Source: Mobula hypostoma (Eukaryota). From it: a DNA stretch of 64,000 bases. A program made the position numbers and the translations under genes. Positions 1 to 10,194 of this stretch are shown piece after piece (position 1 is the stretch's first letter; every line of letters starts with the position of its first letter). The stretch lies in contig NC_086101.1 of assembly GCF_963921235.1 (NCBI RefSeq), forward strand, positions 9,426,001 through 9,490,000, in the 5' to 3' direction. The notes under the pieces were generated by a model. It saw only the letters and a list, made by a program, of their open reading frames with translations, made no database searches and was not told the origin of the DNA.

Positions 1-1111
1 GTTTGTTGATTCTGTTGGTGTCTGCTACCCTCAGCCTGCTGCCCCAGCACACAACAGCAAACATGATAGCACTGGCCACCACAGACTCGTAGAACACCCT
101 CAGCATCATCCGGCAGATGTTAAAGGACCTCAGTCTCCTCAGGAAATAGAGACGGCTCTGATCCTTCTTGTAGACAGCCTCAGTGTCCTTTGACCAGTCC
201 AGTTTATTGTCAATTCGTATCCCCAGGTATCTGTAATCCTCCACCATGTCCACACTGACCCCCGGATGGAAACAGGGGTCACCGGTACCTTAGCTCTCCT
301 CAGGTCTACCACCAGCTCCCTAGTCTTTTTCACATTAAGCTGCAGATAATTCTGCTCACACCTTGTGACAAAGTTTCCTACCGTAGCCCTGTACTCAGCC
401 TCATCTCCCTTGCGGATGCATCCAACTATGGCAGAGTCATCCGAAAACTTCTGAAGATGACAAGACTCTGTGCAGTAGTTGAAGTCCGAGGTGTAAATGG
501 TGAAGAGAAAGGGAGACAAGACAGTTCCCTGTGGAGCCCCAGTGCTGCTGATCACTCTGTCGGACACACAGTGTTGCAAGCACACGTACTGTGGTCTGCC
601 AGTCAGGTAATCAAGAATCCATGATACCAGGGAAGCATTCACCTGCATCGCTGTCAGCTTCTCCCCCAGCAGAGCAGAGCGGATGGTGTTTAGGCACTGG
701 AGAAGTCAAAAAACATGACCCTCACAGTGCTCGCTGGCTTGTCCAGGTGGGCGTAGACACAGTTCAGCAGATAGACAATGGTATCCTCAACTCCTAGTCG
801 GGACTGGTAGGCGAACTTGAGAGGATCTAAGTGTTGTCTGACCATAGGCCAGAGCAGCTCCAGAACAAGTCTCTCCAGGGTCTTCATGATGTGGGAGGTC
901 AATGCCACCGGTCTGTAGTCATTGAGGCCGCTGGGGCGCGGCGTCTTCGGCACAGGGACGAGGCAGAACGTCTTCCACAGTACAGGAACCCTCTGGAGCC
1001 TCAGGCTCAGGTTGAATACATGGCAAAGTACTCCATATAGCTGAGGGGCACAGGTTTTGAGCACCCTGGTACTGACACCATCCGGTCCTGCAGCCTTGCT
1101 TAGGTTGAGAC
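1..1111 (-). mobile_element. Rex1/Babar-type non-LTR retrotransposon, 5'-truncated RT fragment, running off the window edge
   Basis: ORFs 690-1127 and 139-648 carry KAAGPDG, DYRPVALTS, FFDFSSA, GAPQGTVLSP and KFSDDS RT motifs; abrupt junction to CR1 sequence near 1111. Confidence 0.85.
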
Positions 1112-1832
1112 GTTTTGACAAAGCCATGCTGGCTATTCCTAATCATATGAGGCCTCTCCAAGTGTTCATAAATCCTGCCTCTTAAGATCTTCTCCATCAA
1201 CTTACCAACCACTGAAGTGAGACTCACTGGCCTATAATTTTCTGGGCTATCCATACTCCCTTTCTTGAATAAAGGAACAGCATCCGCAACCCTTTAATCC
1301 TCCAGAACCTCTCCCATCCTCATTTATGATACAAAGATCATTGACAGAGGCTCAGCAATCTCCTCCCGCGCTTCCCACAATAGCCTGAGTAACATCCCAT
1401 CCAGTCCTGGTGACTTATCCAACTTGATGCTTTCCAAAACTCCAGCACATCCTCTTCCTTAATATCTACATTCTCAAGCTTTTTAGTCCACTGCAAACCA
1501 TCCCTACAATCGCCAAGATCCTTTTCCGCAGTAAACACTGAAGCAAAGTATTCATTAAGTACTTCTGCTATCTTCCCTGATTCCATACACACTTTTCCAC
1601 TCTCACACTTGATTGGTCCTATTCTCTCACACCTTATTCTCTTGCTCTTCACATACTTGTAGAATATCTTGGAGTTTTCCTTAATCCTGTCCGGCAATGC
1701 CTTCTCATGGCCCCTTCTGGCTCTCCTAATTACATTCTTAAACTCCTTCCTGCTAGCCTTATAATCTTAGCAACACACATCAAAGTTGCTGGTGAACGCA
1801 GCAGGCCAGGCAGCATCACTAGGAAGAGGTAG

Positions 1833-1868
1833 AGTCGACGTTTCGGGTCGAGACCCTTCGTCAGGACT
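1833..1868 (-). ncRNA. Minimal type I hammerhead ribozyme motif in Penelope pLTR, intact
   Basis: Minus strand reads AGUC-CUGACGA-A-GGGUCUCGACCC-GAA-ACGU-C-GACU: stem I AGUC/GACU, core, stem II GGGU/ACCC, palindromic ACGU stem III, GUC cleavage triplet. Confidence 0.75.
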
Positions 1869-3481
1869 AACTGAAAGAAGAGTTAGTAACAGATTTGAAA
1901 GTGGGAGGGGGAGGGGGAGATCCAAAATGATAGGAGAAGACAGGAGGGGGAGGGATGGAGCCATGAGCTGGACAGTTGATTGGCAAAAGGGATATGAGTG
2001 GATAGTGGGACAGGAGGCCCAGGGAGAAAGAAAAGGGGGACGGGGGAAAAACCCAGAGGATGGGCAAGGGGTATAGTCCGAGGGACAGAGGGAGAAAAAG
2101 GAGAGAGAGAAAGAATGCATGTATATAAATAAATAACGGATGAGGTACGAGGGGGAGGTGGGGCATTAGAGGAAGTTAGGGAAGTCAATGTTCATGCCAT
2201 CAGGTTGGAGTTTACCCAGACGGAATATAAGGTGTTGTTCCTCCAACCTGAGTGTGGCTTCATCTTTACAGTAGAGGAGGCCGTGGATAGACATATCAGA
2301 ATGGGAATGGGATGTGGAATTAAAATGTGTGGCCACTGGGAGATCCTGCTTTCTCTGGCGGACAGAGCGTAGGTTCTCAGCGAAATGATCTTCCAGTCTG
2401 CGTCAGGTCTCGCCAAGATATAGAAGGCCACATCGGGAGCACCGGACGCAGTATATCACCCCAGCCGACTCACAGGTGGTGAGTCGTCTCACCTGGAAGA
2501 ACTATCCAGGGCCCTGAACCCCCATTTCACGTACATCTGCTCTCACTCCATCTTCCCGCCACCCCACTAGGAATAGGGTTCCCCTTGTCCGTCACCAACC
2601 ACCCCATCAGCCTCCGGGTCCAACATATTATTCTCCGTAACTTCCGCCATCTCCAACGGGATCCCACCACGAAGCACATCTTTCCCTCCCCCACCTCTCT
2701 GCTTTCCGCAGGGATCGCTCCCTACGTGACTCCCTTGTCCATTCGTCCCCACCGATCTCCCTCCTGGCACTTATCCTTGTAAGCGGAACAAGCGCTACAC
2801 ATGCCCTGACACTTCCTCCCTTACCACCATTCAGGGCCCCAGACAGTCCTTCCAGGTGCGGCGACACTTCACCTGCGAGTCAGTTGGGGTGATATACTGC
2901 GTCCGGTGCTCCCAATGTGGCCTTCTCTATATTGACAAGACCCAACACAGACTGGGAGATCGTTTCACTGAACACCTACACTCTGACTGCCAGAGAAAGC
3001 AGGATCTCCCAGTGGCCACACATTTTAATTCCTCATCCCATTCCCATTCTGATATGTCTATCCACGGCCTCCTCTACTGTAAAGATGAAGCCACACTCAG
3101 GTTGGAGGAACAACACCTTATATTCCGTCTGGGTAGCCTCCAACCTGATGGCATGAACACTGACTTCCCTAACTTCCGCTAATGCCCCACCTCCCCCTCA
3201 TACCCCATCCGTTATTTATTTAAATACACACATCTTTCTCTCTCTCTCTCCTTTTTCTCCCTCTGTCCCTCTCACTATACCCCTTGCCCATCCTCTGGGC
3301 TTTCTCCCCCTCCCCCTTTTCTTTCTCCCAGGGCCTCCTGTCCCATGATCCTCTCATATCCCTTTTGCCAATCAACTGTCCAGCTTGTGGCTCCATCCCC
3401 CCCCTCCTGTCTTCTCCTATGATTTTGGATCTCCCCCTCCCCCTACCACTTTCAAATCTCTTACTAACTCTTCTTTCAGTT

Positions 3482-3517
3482 AGTCCTGACGAAGGGTCTC
3501 GGCCCGAAACGTCAACT
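3482..3517 (+). ncRNA. Hammerhead ribozyme motif, stem I mismatch
   Basis: AGUC-CUGACGA-A-GGGUCUCGGCCC-GAA-ACGU-C-AACU; first stem I pair broken by a G>A change. Confidence 0.65.
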
Positions 3518-5765
3518 GTACCTCTTCCTAGAGGTGCTGCCTGGCCTGCTGCATTCACCAGCAACTTTGATGTGTGTTGCTTGAATTTCCAGCATCTGCA
3601 GAATTCCTTGTGTTAGCCTTATAATCTTCTAGATTCTGATCATTACCTAGTTTTTTGAACCTTTCCAAAGCTCTTCTTTTCTCCTTGACTAGATTTACAA
3701 CAGCCCTTGTACACCACGGATCTTGTACCCCACCATCCTTTCTATGTCTCATCGGAACGTACCTACACAGAACGCTACGCAAATATCCCCTGAACATTTG
3801 CCACATTTCTTCCAAATGTTTCCCTGAGAACATCTGTTTCCAATTTATGCTTCCAAGTTCCTGCCTGATAGCCTCATATTTCCCCTTACTCCAATTTACT
3901 CCAATTAAAAGTTTCCCTGACTTGTCTGTTCCCATGCCTCTCCAATGCTATGGTAAAGGAGATAGAATTGTGATATCTATCTCCAAAGTGCTCTCCCACC
4001 GAGAGACCTGACACCAAACCAGGTTCATTTCCCAATACCAGATCAAGTACAGCCTCTCCTCTTGCAGGCTTATCTACATATTGTGTCATGAAACCATCCT
4101 GAACACACCTAACAAACTCCACCCCATCTAAACCCTCACTCTCAGGAGATGCCAATGAATATTTGGGAAATTAAAATCTCCCACCACGATAACCCTGTTA
4201 TTACTCCTTTCCAGAATCTGTATCCCTATCTGCTCCTCGATGTCCCTGTTACTATTGGATGGTCTATAAAAAAACACCCAGTAGAGTTATTGACCCCTTC
4301 TTTTTCCTAAGTTCCACCCACAGAGGCTCCGTAGACAACCCCTCCATGACTTCCTCCTTTTCTGCAGCTGTGACAATGTCCTTGATCAACAGTGCCATGC
4401 CCCCACCTCTTTTGCCTCCCTCCCTATCCTTTCTGAAACGTCTCAAGCCTGGCACTTGAAGTAGCCATTCCTGCCCTTGCACAATCCAAGCCTCTGTAAT
4501 GGACACAACATCATTGCTCCAAGTGTTGATCCACACTCTAAGCTCATCTGCTTTATCCATGCTACTCCTCGCATTAAAATAGACACATCTCAAACAATCG
4601 GACTGAGCGCATCCCTTCTCTATCACCTGCCTCTCCTCCCTTTCGCACTGTCTCCAAACTTTCTCTATTTGTGAGCCAACCTCCCTTTCCTCCGTCACTT
4701 AACTTCGGTTCCCACCCCCCCAGCAATCCTAGTTTAAACTCTCCGCAGTAGCCTTAGCAAACCTTCTGCCAGGATATTGGTCCCCCTGGGATTCAAGTGC
4801 AACCCGTCCTTTTTGTACAGGTCACACCTGCCCCCAAACAGGTCCCAGTGATCCAGAAATCTTAAACCCTGCCCCCGCTCCAATCCCTCAGCCACACATT
4901 TATCCTCCACCTCATTGTATTTCTATACTCACTGTAACGTGGCACAGGCAGTAATCCTGAGATTACCACCTTTGAGGTCCTGTTTCTCAACTTCTTTCCT
5001 TACTCCCTATAGTCTGTTTTCAGGACCTCCTCCCTTTTCCTACCTATGTGGTTAGTACCAATATGTACCACAGCCTCTGGCTGTTCTCCTTCCCACTTCA
5101 AGATATCATGGACGTGATCAGAAACATCCCGGACCCTGGCACCTGAGAGGCAAAATACCATCCACATTTTTTTCCTGCGTCCACAGAATCGCCTGTCTGA
5201 CCACTAGCTACAGAGTCCCCTATCACTGCTGCCATCCTCTTCCTTTCCCTACCCACCTGAGCCACAGGGCTGGACTCTGTGCCAGAGGCACGACCACTGT
5301 TGCTTCCCCCAGGTAGTCCATCCCCCACAACAGTACTCAAGCAGGAGTACTTATTGTTCGGGGGACAGCCACTGGGGTTCTCTCTAGTACCTGCTTCTTG
5401 CCCTTCCATCTCCTGACTGTTACCCACTTCTCTGTCTCCTGTGCTCCCGGGGTTACTACCTGCCTATAGCTTCTTTCTATCCCCTCCTCATTCTCCCTCA
5501 CCAGACGAAGGTTATCAAACTGCCGCTCTAGTTCCTTAATGCGGTCTCTAAGGAGATGCCACTCAACCCACCTGGTGCAGTTGTGGCCATCCGGGAGGCC
5601 GGAAGTCTCCAGGACCTCCCACATCTGACACTGAGCACAGAAAACTGGCATCACACACATACTTTCTGTCCAACTATGACCCTTTATCGCCAAAGCCCCG
5701 TTGAGCCAAAGCCTTCCGACTCTGTCTCCCTCTGCTCTGTCGCCCACTCTGTAAATCTGTCTTCG

Positions 5766-5955
5766 TTTTAAACTCTTACGGCTGTTCTCACTGCCCAACC
5801 TCCACACGTTTGCACAGTTGTGCCCTGTTCAAACCACTGAAGAAATAACCGTCACCTTTTCAACTCTGCTCGCTTTTAAACTCTTCCCACTGTTCTCACT
5901 GGCCGACCTCCACACGCTTGCACAGTTGTGCCCTGTTCAAACTGCTGAAGAAATA
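5766..5955. repeat. Two ~82-bp direct repeats (108-bp period) at the CR1 5' end
   Basis: TTTAAACTCTT..CTGTTCTCACTG..CTCCACACG..TGCACAGTTGTGCCCTGTTCAAAC..CTGAAGAAATA at 5766-5847 and 5874-5955. Confidence 0.85.
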
Positions 5956-6137
5956 CTGCTGTTATTTACCACCATTAACCACTGTTGATCAGTGGGAACT
6001 GAGGTTGAATTCCAGAATGTGACCCTCACATTAGATTTACCATCTAAACACAAAATACTCTGCAGATGCTGAGGTCAGAGCAACACGCACAACACGCTGG
6101 AGGAACTCAGCAGGTTGGGCAGCATCTGTGGAAACGA

Positions 6138-6177
6138 TCAGCCAACGTTTCGGGCGGGAACCCTTCGTCAGGACTGA
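6138..6177 (-). ncRNA. Hammerhead ribozyme motif, core intact
   Basis: Minus strand UCAGUC-CUGACGA-A-GGGUUCCCGCCC-GAA-ACGU-U-GGCUGA (stem I with one G.U pair). Confidence 0.7.
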
Positions 6178-6500
6178 AGAGGGAAGGGGTAGTCTCCAGC
6201 CCCTTGGTATGAACATTGAATTCTCCAACTTCCGGTAATTCCCTTCCCCGCCTGTCCCCCATCCCAGTTTCACTCTGCCCCCTCCCCCAGCTGCCTTTCA
6301 CCTCTCTCATGGTTCCGCCTCCTTCTACTACCCATTATGTTTTCCCCTATTCCTTCTTCACCTTTCCTGCTTACCCCTCCCTGCTTCCCCTCCCCCACCC
6401 CTTTATCTTTCCCCTTACTGGTTTTTCACCTGGAACCTACCAGCCTTCTCCTTCCCACCCTCCCCCCACCTTCATTATAGGGCCTCTGCCCCCTCCCTCT

Positions 6501-6540
6501 TCAGTCCTGACAAAGGGTTCTGGCCCGAAACGTTGACTGA
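6501..6540 (+). ncRNA. Hammerhead ribozyme motif with G8>A core mutation (probably inactive)
   Basis: UCAGUC-CUGACAA-A-GGGUUCUGGCCC-GAA-ACGU-U-GACUGA. Confidence 0.6.
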
Positions 6541-7278
6541 TCGTTTTCAAGGATGTTGCCCAACCTGCTGAGTTCCTCTAGCATGTTGTGAGATTTACCA
6601 TCTATATATGGTTTGTATCAGGTTTGGTGTTTTGGAGAATTTTGCACTGTCTTTTGTTTTTCAGAAATATTCTCCATCAGATTATATCCCATTTTCCATC
6701 ATAGACAGGTTTTTCAGTCTGTTCTCTCCTACCAGTTTCCCTGCTTCACAAGCCTCCTCCCACCTACTCACCACCCCCAGTAACAGTGACCCCAACTCCA
6801 TGGTCCCTCATGTGTTTATGCAGCATCCCCATTACATTCACTCTCTGGTGTTCCACTTCAACCACTCCTGTGGCAGTGAGTCCACGTTCTCTTCACCACG
6901 TTTCCTGTGGGATTCATTAATGACCAACTGTGTTGTATCTTTGACTTTTGGTCTCCACACAAGCAGAAATATTTTCTATCAAATCCATTCGGAATCTTAA
7001 ATTCCTCCATTTGATCCTCCCTGGCATCATATCCAGATAAATGTACACAACCTGTCCAGTCTCTCCTGTAAGTTCCTTCTCTCAGTTATGGTATAATTCT
7101 CATAAACAGTCCTTGTACTTTCTCCCATGGTTCAATGTCCCTCTTTTTCCGTTCGTGTCAGTGGGAGTGAGTTTAGTGGGAATTTTCAGCAGCTTGTAGT
7201 AACTTGGCTCAGATTCCTGCTGTTCAGATGCCGACGGTCTGTTTCAGTCAATTGAGATCTGTGTTTTATTTATTTCAG

Positions 7279-7301
7279 GAGGAAGCTCGTCGGAAGAGGA
7301 G
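7279..7301 (+). CDS. 23-bp micro-exon of TRIM/B30.2 gene (EEARRKRR)
   Basis: Acceptor ttttatttatttcAG, donor GTagga; a 23-nt phase 0/2 exon is typical of TRIM linker regions; frame continues into the next exon. Confidence 0.8.
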
Positions 7302-7397
7302 GTAGGACATGGTCTTTACTGAAACACTGTATGAATATGTAAAATAGTTCAAATATTACTGATGCTCAGTTTACAACTACATGTATAATATTTACAG

Positions 7398-7516
7398 GAT
7401 TAGTGATGAAAACAAGACATTGTCAGTGACAGATGGTGCCCTACTGGTTGAAAAATTCAATCACCCCTATTTGCTTGACAGAGCGTCGGAAGAAGTGATT
7501 GGCAGCATTAAACACG
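7398..7516 (+). CDS. 119-bp penultimate coding exon of TRIM/B30.2 gene (ISDENKTLSVTDGALLVEKFNHPYLLDRASEEVIGSIKH)
   Basis: Acceptor tatttacAG, donor GTaaaa; open frame; ends in phase 1, matching the PRY-SPRY exon (G|TC = Val). Confidence 0.8.
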
Positions 7517-7609
7517 GTAAAACATAAGATTCATTTGTCCTGGTTTAAGAGACACAACCAAGTTATAATTAGACACAAAATATGGCTGTAGTTATAGGCT
7601 GAAGGGAAA

Positions 7610-10190
7610 CTATAGACAATAAGACACAGGAGCAGAATTAGTCTCTTTGGCACATTGAGTTTGCTCCGCAATTTAATCATGGCTGATCCTTTCTTCCCCT
7701 CCTCAGCCCCTCTCCCCGGCCTTCTCCCTGTAACCTTTGATGCCACGTCCAATGTCCAATGTCCATGTCCATGTTCAATCAAGAATCTATTGAGCTCTGC
7801 CTTAGGTACACCCAATGAGCTGGCCTCCACTGCTGACTGTGGCAATAAATTCATTAAATTCACCACCCTCTGGCTGAAGAAATTTCTCCGCATCTCTGTT
7901 TAAATGGATGTCCCTCTGTCCTGAGGATGTGCCCTCTTGTCCTAGATTCCCCACCATGGGGAACATCCTTTCTACATCTACTCTGTCCAGGCATTTCAGC
8001 ATTCGAAAGGTTTCAATGACAGCCCCCCCATCCTTCTAAATTCCAGCGAGTACAGACACAGAAATGTCAAACATTCCTCATATGATAACCATTTCATTCC
8101 CAGAATCATCATTGTGACCCTCCTTTGAACCCTCTCCAATGCCAGCACATCTTTTCTTAGATGAGGAGCCCAGAACTGTTCACAACACTGAAGTTGAGGC
8201 CTGACTAGTGCCTTATAAAGCCTGAGTATCACATCCTTGCTCTTGTATTCTAGACCTCTTAAATCGAATGCTAGCATTGCATTTGCCTTCCTCACCACTG
8301 ACTCAGTCTGCAAGTTATCCTTTAGGGTGTTCTGCACAAGGACACCCAAGCCCCTTTGCATCTCAGATTTTTGGATTTTCTCCCCACTTAGAATACAGTC
8401 TGCAGATTTATTTCTACTACCAAAGTGCACGAGCATGCATTTTCTAACATGGTATTTCATTTGCCACTTCCTTGTCCATTCTCCGAATCTGCCTAAGTCC
8501 TTCTGCAGCCTATCTGTTTCCTCAACACTACCTGCCCTTCCACCAATCTTTGCATCAGCTGCAAACATAGCAACAAAGCCATCATCCCATCATCTACGAG
8601 GGTGATTGATAATTTTGTGGCTTAAGGTCCACTTTCTCAGACAGTGCTTACTTGCAATTTTCAATTATCTGAAACAGAAATACCACAAAAGTTATTAACT
8701 TCAAACTTTCTGTATAATCACTCAAAGAGTTGAACTGCATGTGCATGTAACGAGAGCTGTATAACTCATCTCCTTCTACATTAGGCCATGATCTTATCAA
8801 TCACCCCTCGTAAGTTATTTGTATACAACATAAGTGGAATTAAATGTCAGCCCAGATCAGAGGCGATTGCAATTGCAGCGCATTAGGGTTAGGATTAGTC
8901 TCTGATCAGTCGCCTCTGATATGAAAACAGGTAACTAATGTCGGTCTTTCGTAACAGTGAGATTTTGTAAAGCGAATGTTTGAAAAGCGGGGGATACCTG
9001 TGTACATCATCTCCTTTATCTATCCTACGCGGAATCTCATCAACAAATTCCAACAGGTTCGTCGGTCAAGATTTTTCCTTAAGGAACCATGCTGAATTTG
9101 TCCCATCTTGTCCTGCGTCACCAAGTACTCCATCACCTCATCGTTAACAATTGACTGCAGCATATTCCCAGACACTGAAGTCAGGCTAACTGGTCATAAT
9201 TCCCTTTCTTCTGCCTTCCTCCTTTCTTGAAGAGTGGAGTGACATTTTCAATATTCCAGTCATCTGGCACCATACCAGAGTCAAATGATTTTTGAAAGAT
9301 CATTTCTAATGGCTCCACAATCTGAACCACTACCTCTTGCAGACCCCGAGGGTGCAGTTCATCTGGTCTGGGTCATTTATGTACCCTTAGGTCTTTCAGC
9401 ATTTTCATCACCTTCTACCTTGTAAAATTAACTGCACTCACTTAGTTCTTCTGCCACCTCCTTGTCCCCATTATTACTTCTCCGGCATCATTTTCTAGCA
9501 ATCCTACATCCACTCTCATCTCTCTTTTATTTTTACATACTTGAAAAAGCTTTCACTATCCACTTTGATATTGTTTGCTGGCTTGCTTCCATATTTCATC
9601 TTTTCCCTCCTAATGATTCTTTCAGTTGCTCTCTGTAGAGTTTTAAATCTTCTCAGTCATCTCTTCCCACTATTTTGATTTTGTTGTATGCCCTCTCTTG
9701 GTTTTACATTAGTCTTGATTCCCTTGTACTATTTTACCATTTGATTATTTCTTTGTTTTTGGAATACATCCATCCTGCACTTTTCATTTTTCCCAGAAAC
9801 TCACTCCATTGCTGCTCTGCTGTCATCCCTGCCAGCATGTCCTTCCAAATTACTTTGGCCAACTCCTTTCTCATACCACTGTAATTCCCTTTACTCCACT
9901 GTAATACTTCTATGTCGGACTTTACTTTCTCCCTATCAAATTACTAGTTGAACTCAATCATTTTGTGATCACTGCCTCCTCAGTAGTCGCTTCCGGTTCA
10001 TTACATAACACCAAATCCAGTAGAGCTGATCCCCTAGTAGGCTCAACGACAAACTGCTCTAAAAAGCCACCTCTTAAGCATTGAACAAACTCCCTCTCTT
10101 GAGATCCATTTCCAACCTGATTTTCCCAATGGACCTGCATGTTAAAATCTCCCACGACTATCATAACATTGCCCTTCTGGCCTGCTTTTT
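7610..10190 (-). mobile_element. Decayed CR1 LINE (3' tail to APE)
   Basis: FAADAKIGG..KWQMKY..LYKALVRP (7996-8568); VGDFNM (9958-10260); CR1-type 3' tail near 7610. Confidence 0.8.
8597..8810. mobile_element. Tc1/mariner-type MITE (214 bp)
   Basis: TIRs CGAGGG(G)TGATTGATAA..TGGC.TAA at both ends; TA duplication at 8595-8596 and 8811-8812; interrupts CR1 RT sequence. Confidence 0.85.
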
Positions 10191-10194
10191 CCAT

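Larger units (their letters stand above)
1769..3613 (+). mobile_element. Penelope-like element (GIY-YIG 3' part) with inverted 5' arm and 15-bp TSD
   Basis: GIY-YIG ORF 2856-3182 (GVIYCVRCSQCGLLYI); 1769-2518 is the reverse complement of about 2830-3581; TAGCCTTATAATCTT duplicated at 1754-1768 and 3614-3628. Confidence 0.9.
1112..5955 (-). mobile_element. CR1 LINE (5'UTR, ORF1 zinc-finger/esterase, APE, start of RT), decayed and split by a Penelope insertion
   Basis: ORF1 remnant FCAQCQMWEV..CTRW (5337-5807) and AVIGDS; APE CVYFNARS..ITEAW (4264-4698); NYRPVSLTSVVGK (919-1254). Confidence 0.85.
6047..6590. mobile_element. 544-bp non-coding Penelope pLTR inverted dimer with 14-bp TSD
   Basis: AGATTTACCATCTA at 6033-6046 and 6591-6604; left arm (about 6047-6190) is the reverse complement of the right end. 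Confidence 0.85.

Noticed and set aside
1767..2188. Overlapping Pro/Ser/Leu-rich ORFs
   Set aside because: Artefacts of the purine/pyrimidine-skewed Penelope pLTR
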